The notes: generated by a model not told the origin, from the letters alone. A stretch of DNA of 64,000 nt from Azolla caroliniana (GCA_043228905.1 JBHGNT010000007.1:5084001-5148000); one strand, 5' to 3'. Counted from the stretch's first letter, positions 1-9,897 are shown. Program-made: numbers and translations.

Positions 1-591
1 AAAATGAATTGTTAAGGCTTGATGTGTCCTCCCTACTATCATTGTATGTAAGAGGTAAAAAGAAAAACAAGGACATTAAGTAGGCTTGGAAATCATCTCC
101 TTTTTCTTTCTTTCTAACATTCCCACCTCTTTACATGTTTTCTTCTTTGGAACCTCATGTCATGACTTACCATCTCGTGTAGCTAGCTTGTACAACACTC
201 TTCTTCCTTTTTAGGGTTCATATTAATATTGGGCATGATAGTGACTCTCAATGGCATAGTGGATGACGTTCGTCATTCATCACAAGTAGTAGCCCTCAAA
301 TCTCCTCAGATTTCGCATTACCTAATAGATGTAATTGATTTGACTATGAATTTGCACTTCTCGTGGTGATTGAGTTTCAACTTAGTTTCCACACACAATT
401 GAGACCGTAATGGTTAGTTAACAATAATGACTAGTGTGTTAACTAACTAGTGCACAATTCGGACTCAAAATTGGGCCTTATACAAATCCCATTTAATCGA
501 TATTCTTTAGCATTGAGAGATGGTTAAAGATGAGATTACTAAAACCTTCTTGTGTAACCTCTAGATCTTAGTGCCAAGATTCCATAGTAGT

Positions 592-750
592 GACAATTGC
601 TCAATTTGGAGTCATGATATGAAAATCACAACCTTGCCTCTAAAGCACAACTCCAAATTTAACCAAGGGGTTGACAATGCTCAATTTGGAGTCGTGATTT
701 GAAAATTATGACCTTGTCTCTAGAACACAACTCCAAAATTACCCAAGGGG
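592..750. repeat. Tandem duplication, 2 x ~80 bp
   Basis: gacaa(t)tgctcaatttggagtc...cacaactccaaa...ccaagggg occurs twice back to back with substitutions. Confidence 0.7.
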
Positions 751-841
751 TAGCCTACTTCCTACAGATTGAGAAATGGGAAATATCCAAATGCTTCTAC
801 GATTGAGAGACGGATGTTTTGGACTAATAATTTGGCCTAAT

Positions 842-1105
842 CTAGAGGTAGTGTTTTTTCTCTTGAATATGTCTTACAAATAACTTCATGAAATCCATAT
901 GGGAGATAATTATTAAAAATTTCCTAGACATGCTTTGGAAATTCATCAATACATTCCTCAACGTGAACTTATCGTTGTTGCCATAAAAACTCTTCCTTTT
1001 GTTACAAAAAGGTTTGCTAGTGGTCCTGAAAATTAATTCCCCTTGGTTGTCACCATTAATTCCATCTAGAAAGGAATAAATTTCCTTTCTCACCATATTG
1101 CCCAA
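842..1105 (-). pseudogene. Degenerate Ty3/gypsy reverse transcriptase fragment
   Basis: Translation EIYSFLDGINGDNQ...LRNVLMNFQ...DFMKLFV resembles the gypsy RT motifs YSFLDGFSGYNQ...GLKNA..FQ...F.DD. Catalytic residues have decayed. Confidence 0.45.
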
Positions 1106-1343
1106 CTAATTTAATGATAATGGGAATGATCGATGATTTAGGTTCAAGTTAGTTCACTTGCACTTGTATCTTCTCAGGCACCACCACCCTTATTTGGGAT
1201 ATCTAGATGGTATTTCAATATAACTAGATGAAAATGTTCCAAACATTACATACAACTAGCGAAGGTGACCCATCGGATAGATAAGGCCATTGATGGATTA
1301 GGTAAGTTGAACGTGGAAGAGGCAGTTTGGTCAGGCTAGTTTG

Positions 1344-1814
1344 TGTCAAGACTGAGAGAGAGAAAGAGAGAGAAAAAGAGATAGAGAGATAATTGAAAGA
1401 GAATTATTATATTGAAGCGTAAAATGGATTACAAAGAGTAGGCTACAAAATGGCGTTGAACCAATTTAGGTTTGGGATGGGTGGTAGATCCCTATTTATA
1501 AGTAATAGAGAACTCTCTAGAATATTCTAGGTTATCCTAGAATGTAGAGTAATCTAGAAGATCTCTAGAGTATTCTAGAAGGTTCTAGTGGTATAGAACA
1601 CTCTAGAATATTCTAGGTCATTCTAGAATGTAGAGTAATATAGAATATTCCTATGATATTAGATTTCATATTCTAGAGACTATACATATAAGAATATTAA
1701 TACAATGGTTAAGGATTTGACATGTGTACAACAAGGTCGTGGGTTCAAATCCTTTCGAGTCATAATGTCAGTGTCATGATCCTTTCGATGCATGATGTGA
1801 CTGTTATCATGACA
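1344..1814 (-). repeat. 3' LTR of the chromovirus
   Basis: Direct repeat of 6721-7191, no differences seen by eye; preceded on the minus strand by the PPT. Confidence 0.97.
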
Positions 1815-4800
1815 CTATCCCCCTTCTTCGACGACACGTCTCACGGGTCGTAGGGTTTGTATTAGGACCTGGTTTACAAGGATATTGGCGATGAAATGCA
1901 TTGACGAGTTCTGCAGCATTGGAAAGATTTGTGGCAGGTTCCCAAGTTCGATCATTGGGGGTATAGCCTAGCCAATCGACCAAGTAATACAACTTGTTGC
2001 GCACGATTTTAGAATCGAGAACGGCAGCAACTTCAAATTCAGGCCCGTCCAAGAACTCGACAGGTGGTGGGGGTGTCGTAAGACGGCCCGGAATTGAACT
2101 TGTAGTATAAGGTTCCAAAAGGGATACATGAAACACCGGATGAAGATGCATGTGCGGAGGGAGGTCAAGACGAAATGCAACATCACTTATCTTACCAGTG
2201 ATCATGTAAGGGCCAAAACGTTGGTAATCCAATTTATTGCAAGGTCGAGTGGTCTTGATGTTGTGTTGGAGAAGCCATACATGATCCCCAATGCGGAACT
2301 TTTTTGAGGAGTCTAGACGATGACGATTGGCAAGCCTCTTGTGTGTAAATTGAGCATCGTGCAAATTGTGGAGAATGTTAGCTTGAATTTCTTGGAGGCG
2401 ACTAAGACGATCCTCGGCAGCAGGGTTGGTAGGAACTTCTGGATGCGCATTCATCGTCCATCGAGGATGACAGCCCATATTTGCGAAAAATGGGGAATAT
2501 CCTGTAGAAGAATGGGCTGAGTTGTTGTAAGCGAATTCCGCCAAGTGCAAAAATGCAACCCAATCATCTTGTTGATAGTTGATGAAACAACGAAGATATT
2601 GTTCCAATGTCTGGTTGGTACGCTCTGTTTGACCATTTGTTTCAGGATGATAGCCTGAAGAAAGCTTAACTGAAATGTGGAGAAGTTTGAACAGGTGCTT
2701 CCAAAACTTTGAGATGAATTGTGGACCACGATCACTAATAATATCATCTGGCAGACCATGATGCTTAAATACCTCCCGCATAACGAGATCAGCCGTCTCT
2801 TGACTAGTAATTGACTTTGTACATGGCAAGAAATGTGCCATTTTGGTAAATCGATCAACTACTGTGAGAATTGCATCAAAACCTTTTGAAACTGGGAGAT
2901 CAGTAATGAAGTCCAAGGATATAGACTTCCAAGGTGTTTCCGGAATGGGAAGTGGTTGTAGTAAGCCATAGGGTCGGTGACGAGGATTCTTTGATCGACA
3001 ACATATATCACAACTCCGAACATACTCCTCAACAAAATGACGAAGGCGAGGCCACCAATAACGTCGAGAAATTAATTCTAGAGTCTTGTGAACTCCAAAA
3101 TGACGAAGGCGAGGCCACCAATAACGTCGAGAAATTAATTCTAGAGTCTTGTGAACTCCAAAATGACCAGCCATTGGTGAGTCATGGCAATGTTGCAAAA
3201 CTTGTAGCCGTGGGGGACCATCAGGAACATACAATAAATTTTGTCGAAATAGAAAACCATCATGCCAATAGAACTGACAATAGTCATTACGAGGATTTTT
3301 CGACTGTGAGCAAGAAGCACGATCCGGGACGATATGATCCAAAACATCCTTGGCGAAATCATCAGTGGCCATATGATCTCGAATGGAATCAAGAAGAGTG
3401 GAATTTTCAAGAGCTGTTATGGCATTAACTACCATTAATCGTAATCGATTAGGACCCAAAAGGATTTGTTTTTGATGCTCAAAAGCAGGTTCCCCTGGAC
3501 GAAGTTCCATATAAGAGCGCCGAGAAAGAGCATCTGCTTTGCCTTGCTGCATCCCAGGGCGATATATGATGATAAAGTCGAAGTGAGTCAAAAATTGCGC
3601 CCACCGGGCTTGTCGCCGACTCAAGACTCGAGCATTTTGGAAATAAGTCAGGTTCTTATGATCATTGTAGACAATGATCTGCTGAGAAGAACCTTCTAGG
3701 AAATGTCGCCATTGTTGAAACGAATCCACGATTGCAAGAAGCTCTTTGTCATGGATCTCGTAGTTGATCTCTGCAGCTTCAAACTTTCGTGAATGAAAGG
3801 CGACAGGGTGTAGTTGTCCATCATCTCCAGTCTGCGAGAGGACACTCCCTAGTGCAAAATCGGATGCATCGGCTTCGAGGATGAAGCGTTTTGTTGGGTC
3901 GACATGTGCTAAGATAGGTGCCGTTGTAAATGCTCGTTTTAAGCTTTCGAATGCCTCGGATGCATCTGAACTCCATATAAATGGTTGATCTTTATGTGTG
4001 AGCTGAGTAAGCGGAAGCACAACCTTGGAATAATCTTTAATAAATTTCCGATAAAAATTTGCAAACCCGAGAAAACATTGCACATCACGCACTGAAAGGG
4101 GCGTTTGCCACTCTAAAATTGCCTGTACCTTCATGGGGTCCATAGCAATACCATTTGACGATACAACATACCCCAAAAATTCCACTTGATTCTGGCCGAA
4201 ACTACACTTTTCTAGTTTTGCGTAGAGACCATATTCTCGGAGTCGGCATAGTACTTGACGAACATGTGCATCATGCTCCTCTTGGGTCTTTGAGTAGATT
4301 AAAATATCATCTAGGTAAACTATAGTGAAGATATCAAGAAAATCTCGAAAAATATCGTTTGCCATATGTTGGAAAACAGCAGGTGCATTCGTGAGACCAA
4401 ATGGCATCACTGTATACTCAAAATGTCCATAGCGAGTGCGGAAAGCTGTCTTCCATTCATCCCCCGGGCGAATCCGAACTAGATTATATGCTCCGCGAAG
4501 GTCCAACTTCGTGAAATATTTTGCACCACTGAGACGTTCCAAAAGATTCGGGATTAATGGTAGAGCATATCTATTTCGGATAGTCACTTTGTTTAGCCCT
4601 CGATAATCCACGACCAACCGAAGAGTCCCATTCTTCTTCTTAACGAAGAAGATAGGTGCACCAGCAGGGGATCTAGAATGCCGAATGAATCCGTTTGCCA
4701 GATTCTCATCAATATATTCCCGCAAAGTCTCTAGCTCTACAGGGGAGAGATTATAAATTGGGCCCCATGGAGGTTCTTTCCCTGGTTGTAAGTCAATAGG

Positions 4801-5421
4801 GCAGTCGTATGGCCGATGCTCCGGCAATGTATTGGCCTTCACCTTATCAAAGACATCTGAAAACTCCTTGTATTTCTCTGGTAGTTTAATATCCGCGTCA
4901 TGTGAAGTGGATGATGGAGTTGCTACTATTGCGAAGACGAACATGGCCTCGTTCCCCCCTTCCTCCCGCAACTGTCGTAAAGAGATGGGCAATAACTCCG
5001 GGGATCTATTAGCACATGTAGGAGAGAGGGATGCAGGATTTGTGCTTTTTTCCCGAGTCTCCTCAATTGTTCTTTTCATCCAATCAATCTTCGGGTTATG
5101 GAGTTCAAACCAGGGGAGACCTAGAACTATTGGGTGGTCCGGACTACGAATAATATTGAAAGAGATTATGCTTGCCAAATTGCCAAGAACTATCCTAATT
5201 GGCTCGGACTCCTCGACTATATCTCCTGATGCTATGGGACGTCCATCGATGACTCCTACGGCTACTGGGTTGGGAAGCTTATTCAAGAGGATGTTTTGTG
5301 ACAAGGCAAATTCACGATCCATGAAACAAGAGTTGGCTCCAGAATCTAGAAGGGCAGAGGCTAGGACTCGATGACATGTAGATGTGGTAAGCTCGACTTG
5401 TGCTGAAAAAACTCGACTCAC
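1807..5421 (-). CDS. pol: Pol polyprotein: aspartic protease, RT, RNase H, integrase, chromodomain
   Basis: ALLDSGA protease; LDLRGAYNLVRI and YLDDILIYS RT; EADASDFALG RNase H; HHCC zinc finger and SISLDFIT..SDRGPQF..ETNGQTE integrase; GPY/F motif; C-terminal EFEVAAVLD..YLVDWLGY..TWEP chromodomain. The frame is open upstream to 5544 and overlaps the gag end in the -1 frame, so it is probably expressed as a Gag-Pol fusion. Confidence 0.95.
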   Translation of the reverse strand: MSRVFSAQVELTTSTCHRVLASALLDSGANSCFMDREFALSQNILLNKLPNPVAVGVIDGRPIASGDIVEESEPIRIVLGNLASIISFNIIRSPDHPIVLGLPWFELHNPKIDWMKRTIEETREKSTNPASLSPTCANRSPELLPISLRQLREEGGNEAMFVFAIVATPSSTSHDADIKLPEKYKEFSDVFDKVKANTLPEHRPYDCPIDLQPGKEPPWGPIYNLSPVELETLREYIDENLANGFIRHSRSPAGAPIFFVKKKNGTLRLVVDYRGLNKVTIRNRYALPLIPNLLERLSGAKYFTKLDLRGAYNLVRIRPGDEWKTAFRTRYGHFEYTVMPFGLTNAPAVFQHMANDIFRDFLDIFTIVYLDDILIYSKTQEEHDAHVRQVLCRLREYGLYAKLEKCSFGQNQVEFLGYVVSSNGIAMDPMKVQAILEWQTPLSVRDVQCFLGFANFYRKFIKDYSKVVLPLTQLTHKDQPFIWSSDASEAFESLKRAFTTAPILAHVDPTKRFILEADASDFALGSVLSQTGDDGQLHPVAFHSRKFEAAEINYEIHDKELLAIVDSFQQWRHFLEGSSQQIIVYNDHKNLTYFQNARVLSRRQARWAQFLTHFDFIIIYRPGMQQGKADALSRRSYMELRPGEPAFEHQKQILLGPNRLRLMVVNAITALENSTLLDSIRDHMATDDFAKDVLDHIVPDRASCSQSKNPRNDYCQFYWHDGFLFRQNLLYVPDGPPRLQVLQHCHDSPMAGHFGVHKTLELISRRYWWPRLRHFGVHKTLELISRRYWWPRLRHFVEEYVRSCDICCRSKNPRHRPYGLLQPLPIPETPWKSISLDFITDLPVSKGFDAILTVVDRFTKMAHFLPCTKSITSQETADLVMREVFKHHGLPDDIISDRGPQFISKFWKHLFKLLHISVKLSSGYHPETNGQTERTNQTLEQYLRCFINYQQDDWVAFLHLAEFAYNNSAHSSTGYSPFFANMGCHPRWTMNAHPEVPTNPAAEDRLSRLQEIQANILHNLHDAQFTHKRLANRHRLDSSKKFRIGDHVWLLQHNIKTTRPCNKLDYQRFGPYMITGKISDVAFRLDLPPHMHLHPVFHVSLLEPYTTSSIPGRLTTPPPPVEFLDGPEFEVAAVLDSKIVRNKLYYLVDWLGYTPNDRTWEPATNLSNAAELVNAFHRQYPCKPGPNTNPTTRETCRRRRGIVS

Positions 5422-5468
5422 TTGATTTGATGAAATGGAACCACGACTAGGAACTAACTCTACATAGC

Positions 5469-5520
5469 TAGGATGGTCCAGCCAAATGGCTCCTATTTTG
5501 GCCGGACTTACTCGTTTAAC
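5469..5520 (-). promoter_or_regulatory. Predicted -1 programmed ribosomal frameshift signal
   Basis: Minus strand G_UUA_AAC (5520-5514), 6-nt spacer GAGUAA, then an 11-bp stem GUCCGGCCAAA/UUUGGCUGGAC. A -1 slip leads into the pol frame. Confidence 0.75.
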
Positions 5521-6632
5521 ACATCCTCTAATTGACTCAAGACATCAAATCTATTCTCATGACATGGACTATGAGGCTTATTTATGTTATTAGAAGTAAC
5601 AATAGAACTCGATGTAGGGTTTTCATGGGCACTTACTTGGTATACTTGACGCCTAGGTTTATGTGGACAATTTACAGCTATATGTCCTGGACCACCACAA
5701 TATAGGCAGAGGCGATGCGCTCGACGTCGTTGCTTCTCAGCATCTGATAACGGCCCACGACGTTGTGTTGACTCTATTTCCATCGGAGTTGGGCCATCCC
5801 TTGTAATGGGTCTAGAAACTTGTGGAGGCGTTGCGACTACGGAAGCGTAAGTCTGTTCAGGTTGGCGGCGTAACATTTGTTGGCGCTCAGAACGTCGCTC
5901 AAATAGGCGATTATCACATCGCACAGCTCGACTAATGGCTTCTGTAAGTGACTTCGGATCTTCAGGGAAAGTAAGAAGAAGATCTTTGACATCATTTCTC
6001 AAACCTTGACGGAATTGATCCATTAAAGCTGCCTCATCCCAAGGGATATCGCATGCCAAGAGACGGAAATCGGCTGCATAAGAGGACGCGGGACGATCTC
6101 CTTGTCGGAGCCTTCGAATCTTATTTATCGCTGTCCTAGTGTTGTCGGTGTCTCCGAAACTAGCTTGAAACTCTTTAACAAAGGCCTCGAAATCCTCCAG
6201 CAATGGTGATTTCTTCTCGAGAAGTGGTGCGAACCATGCTAACGCCGTACCGCATAGCAAAGTTCCCACTAATCCCACACGAGCAGCATCAGTTGGATAC
6301 CGATTGGGATGTAGCTGAATAACTAAACGAACTTGATTCAAAAAGCCTCGAAATAAAGACCTCGTACCATCAAACTTGGCAGGGAGGCTGATCTTTGGCT
6401 CTCTAGGGGAGTTCTGAGCCCCCGACGCTTGCTCTCGTAATGACAATATAGTTGCCTCAAGTTGATGAACCCACTGTGATAACTCTTCATATTGTTGAGC
6501 TTTTTCGGCGCTCACGTGTTGTAGATCTCCAAGTAGCCTTTGATTCTCATGCTCTAATGCCACAAATTTATTCGTGAGCATGTCGAGCTCAGAAAGAACA
6601 CGCATGTATTCTTGTTTGCTCACGGACTCCAT
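5508..6632 (-). CDS. gag: Gag (sushi/PEG10-like capsid with CCHC zinc knuckle)
   Basis: 374 aa ORF: N-terminal coiled-coil-like stretch, PKISLPAKFDG motif, LRQGDR..YAADFR retrotransposon gag motif, PMEI motif, CLYCGGPGHIAVNC knuckle. Confidence 0.93.
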   Translation of the reverse strand: MESVSKQEYMRVLSELDMLTNKFVALEHENQRLLGDLQHVSAEKAQQYEELSQWVHQLEATILSLREQASGAQNSPREPKISLPAKFDGTRSLFRGFLNQVRLVIQLHPNRYPTDAARVGLVGTLLCGTALAWFAPLLEKKSPLLEDFEAFVKEFQASFGDTDNTRTAINKIRRLRQGDRPASSYAADFRLLACDIPWDEAALMDQFRQGLRNDVKDLLLTFPEDPKSLTEAISRAVRCDNRLFERRSERQQMLRRQPEQTYASVVATPPQVSRPITRDGPTPMEIESTQRRGPLSDAEKQRRRAHRLCLYCGGPGHIAVNCPHKPRRQVYQVSAHENPTSSSIVTSNNINKPHSPCHENRFDVLSQLEDVLNE

Positions 6633-6706
6633 AGCTTATGAGGGGAGAGGAGAAGGAAGAAGAGAACTTGTTAGGGTTTGTGGAAGACGAAGAGATGAAA
6701 GGAAGA

Positions 6707-6718
6707 AAATTGGTTCAA
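6707..6718 (-). promoter_or_regulatory. Self-priming primer-binding site
   Basis: Minus TTGAACCAATTT lies 2 nt inside the 5' LTR boundary, has no TGG tRNA-type start, and is exactly complementary to minus AAATTGGTTCAA at 6844-6833, which is 33 nt downstream of the TATA box. Confidence 0.8.
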
Positions 6719-6720
6719 AC

Positions 6721-7191
6721 TGTCAAGACTGAGAGAGAGAAAGAGAGAGAAAAAGAGATAGAGAGATAATTGAAAGAGAATTATTATATTGAAGCGTAAA
6801 ATGGATTACAAAGAGTAGGCTACAAAATGGCGTTGAACCAATTTAGGTTTGGGATGGGTGGTAGATCCCTATTTATAAGTAATAGAGAACTCTCTAGAAT
6901 ATTCTAGGTTATCCTAGAATGTAGAGTAATCTAGAAGATCTCTAGAGTATTCTAGAAGGTTCTAGTGGTATAGAACACTCTAGAATATTCTAGGTCATTC
7001 TAGAATGTAGAGTAATATAGAATATTCCTATGATATTAGATTTCATATTCTAGAGACTATACATATAAGAATATTAATACAATGGTTAAGGATTTGACAT
7101 GTGTACAACAAGGTCGTGGGTTCAAATCCTTTCGAGTCATAATGTCAGTGTCATGATCCTTTCGATGCATGATGTGACTGTTATCATGACA
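6721..7191 (-). repeat. 5' LTR of the chromovirus (TATA at 6877-6869, HSE array ~6885-7055)
   Basis: Direct repeat of 1344-1814; minus TATAAATAG; phased nGAAn/nTTCn units upstream of it. Confidence 0.97.
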
Positions 7192-7196
7192 GTTTG

Positions 7197-8537
7197 TAGG
7201 TGAGGGTGATGCACATCTTATCCGTGGTAGGTGCTCAACTAACGAGGAGTGTTTGTGGGGTAACCTAAGTTCTTTGATAGATGATGACAGGTGGTTGGCA
7301 GTGTTGGAGGGTAGGAGGTGGCAATTAAACCCAGACCCTAAGACGCTTGATTAGGATTGTAAAATATGACTTTTCGACAACAAGCCCTTATATGATTTGG
7401 AGTGGGATCCATTGGAGGCATGGTGGCAGACACCAGGAGCAAACAACTTGAAAAAGTTTTTTGAGTACAATACTAAGATAGGAAGACAAATCATTGGCTC
7501 CAAAGCAGTGGGTGCTGTAATGATCCGCAATAGTTGGAAGGATAAAGACATATCTGATGACGATCTGAAGTTGTTTTGGAGAAGACTATGGGCATTGGAT
7601 ATGCCAGAAAAATAAAGGCTTGGTTGTGGCTTCTTAGCCACAAGGTGTTACCTGTAAGGGAGTGGTTGAGTTCCCATGGTGGCGAGGCTGGCCGTAAGTT
7701 ATGTGGACATGCGTTAGAATCAATCTCTCACTGTTTTTGGAATTGTACAGAGGCGATTAGCATTTGGAGTAGAAACCTTCAAATTGTGGTAACCTGTGGT
7801 GTGAATGGGAACGTTTTGTGGGGCTCTATACAATGATTGTCTCTAAAATGGGAAAGCTAGAGTGAACAGTTAAACTCACAAGGACATGGATTTATAGTGC
7901 AGGGTGGTAGCGGGTTCCAATGTGATGGGGTGAGACCTAGCACAAATTTTGAATTTTTTGAGGAGATTTAGCTTATGGTGGCGTGTTTATCGGTCTAGTA
8001 CATCTGGATAAGGCGTTGTAAGTTTGTTTTTCAGGTGATGTTAAACATCTGGTTTGAGCTTGTGGCTTGGTTGCGATGACGATATGACTCGATTTAGGGG
8101 GAATCAAATGAAGCAAAAAGGGAAGGTCAAAGTTCTTGTTGAAATGGGGTGGTTCTCCCATGATGGTCAAATCTTCGTCGAGGCCTAAGTGGAATTACCA
8201 AGCGCCTAGGTGGTTGTTTCCACCAATGGCTCCCAATATTGTACACAAGTTGTAATTATGTATGTATATCTGAACCACAAGTGGGTTAATATAGTCATGT
8301 TACTCGGATAACTTTGTTATAAAAGAGTTAGTTGGGAGAAGTAGAGTGAAGGTAAAATGGGGTTTATTTCAGTTTTGTTGGAGCTAAGGGTTGTGTGAGC
8401 TTTTGTTGTTTTTGTTTGATAGTTTTGGAGTTGTTCCTCCAAGTTGTATATGTTGATCCCATTGTGGATTTAGGTAAACTATGTTGTATTCTATTTGCTA
8501 ACTAATGCGAAGTAGTGTGTTTTGGAAGAAAAAAAAA
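7197..8537 (+). mobile_element. Degenerate L1-type LINE 3' region (zf-RVT), target of the chromovirus insertion
   Basis: FWRRLWALDMPEK/IKAWLWLLSHKVLPV...LCGHALESISHCFWNC across a frameshift matches the zinc-binding domain that follows LINE RT; the region ends in an A-rich tail at ~8527-8537. Confidence 0.7.
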
Positions 8538-9102
8538 CCTTCTCCCCTTCTGGTGGACACTTTGTTCTTGTGAATCAACTTTGCATCAATTGCCAAGGTT
8601 CGCATAACATAACTTTATAAGCTCCTTCATTGGCCTTCATTAAGAGTCTCGATTGATCGACCAAACATCACCCTCTTTTCTTCCCATCATGGCTTGTTTT
8701 GTTCGAACTCATTTGATCATCGCTTTTATTGACCAACTTAACTAGACTCTTACATATGTCAACTATTTTAGCACTTTTGAAAATACATACAATTTCTCCC
8801 TAGAAAGGAGTGAAAACCTTTCATGCAATTTCCAAGATAGTAGTTCATGGAAGGCAATTCTCCTTGGGTGGCATTGCTTGCATGATTGGATGGAAAACAT
8901 TGTCCAAAAGTTTTATATTTTTCAAAAGAGGCTACGAGGATTCTGTTGCTTGGAAGCATTCACATGCAAATAAATATATTTCATGTTGTCCTCCCCATCG
9001 TGTTGCAATTTGCACATACTAACAAGTTTATTGTAACTTCACCATCAACCAATTGGACCCACAAGAAGAAGTCTTTTTTGATGGAGTCATGTAAATTGAA
9101 AG

Positions 9103-9103
<1 letters not shown>

Positions 9104-9140
<37 letters not shown>
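9104..9140. repeat. (CA)n microsatellite
   Basis: Direct reading of the sequence. Confidence 0.95.
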
Positions 9141-9142
<2 letters not shown>

Positions 9143-9622
9143 TTCAAAACAATAATCCTGGAAAGCAATTAGCAAGGATTTAGTTTGGGAGTGCCAAACT
9201 CAAACAATTTAAATTTTTGGAAACTTAAACGGAACCAAATCGCAAAACCTTTATACCAAAGCCGTTCAAACATAATTGTATAGGAGATTTTTAAGTTCAC
9301 ATAAAATGGTTCAAGAGGTTCTCAAATCATTACCTATGATTTAGTGGTGTAATTTAGTTCAAACTCAAATGGTTTAAAGGATTGAGCCCCTAGTAACACA
9401 TGATGCAACTTGGTGACATTAGTCCAAATGGATTGAGCCAAATCCACAATCTATAGATTCCAAAAGTTACCTTAAATACACTAGAGGTAGGCATCACATA
9501 TTCATAGGATCATGAGAGATTTATTGACCATTTACTAAAACATAATCAACATCATCATTATCCATAACAAAAGTTCTGGTCACAAAGCAAAATGCCTCAC
9601 CATTTGTTTTCAGTAAAATACT

Positions 9623-9864
9623 TGTTAATAATCTGAGGAATAGTGCTTGGTCACAACCGAGTCTCAATCACATAGTGGACGAAATAGAAAATAGAAATAA
9701 GACGACACACATTATTAATGTGGAAAACCCAGATCGAGAAAAACCACGGGAGCCCACCGACTCCAACTATCACTATGAGAGGAATACAAACAGAAGACTC
9801 GGAGGCAACAACCTCGAGTTCTATATCTTCGCCAACCGGCGGTTACAACAGAGAATTTTTTGCG

Positions 9865-9897
<33 letters not shown>

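Larger units (their letters stand above)
1344..7191 (-). mobile_element. Full-length Ty3/gypsy chromovirus LTR retrotransposon (Tcn1/Tf1-sushi-like)
   Basis: LTRs 1344-1814 and 6721-7191 (471 bp each, TGTCA...TGACA); 5-bp TSD GTTTG at 1339-1343 and 7192-7196; PPT (minus GAAGAAGGGGGATAG) at 1815-1829; intact gag and PR-RT-RH-INT-chromodomain pol. Confidence 0.97.

Noticed and set aside
1697-1762. Functional tRNA gene
   Set aside because: Acceptor, anticodon and T stems do not pair properly; kept only as a tRNA-like promoter relic.
2934-3428. 164-aa plus ORF with a repeated peptide
   Set aside because: The repeat only mirrors the 63-bp integrase duplication on the opposite strand.
4832-5374. 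180-aa plus-strand ORF antisense to pol protease
   Set aside because: Shadow ORF of the coding strand with a non-ATG start and no recognisable domain.
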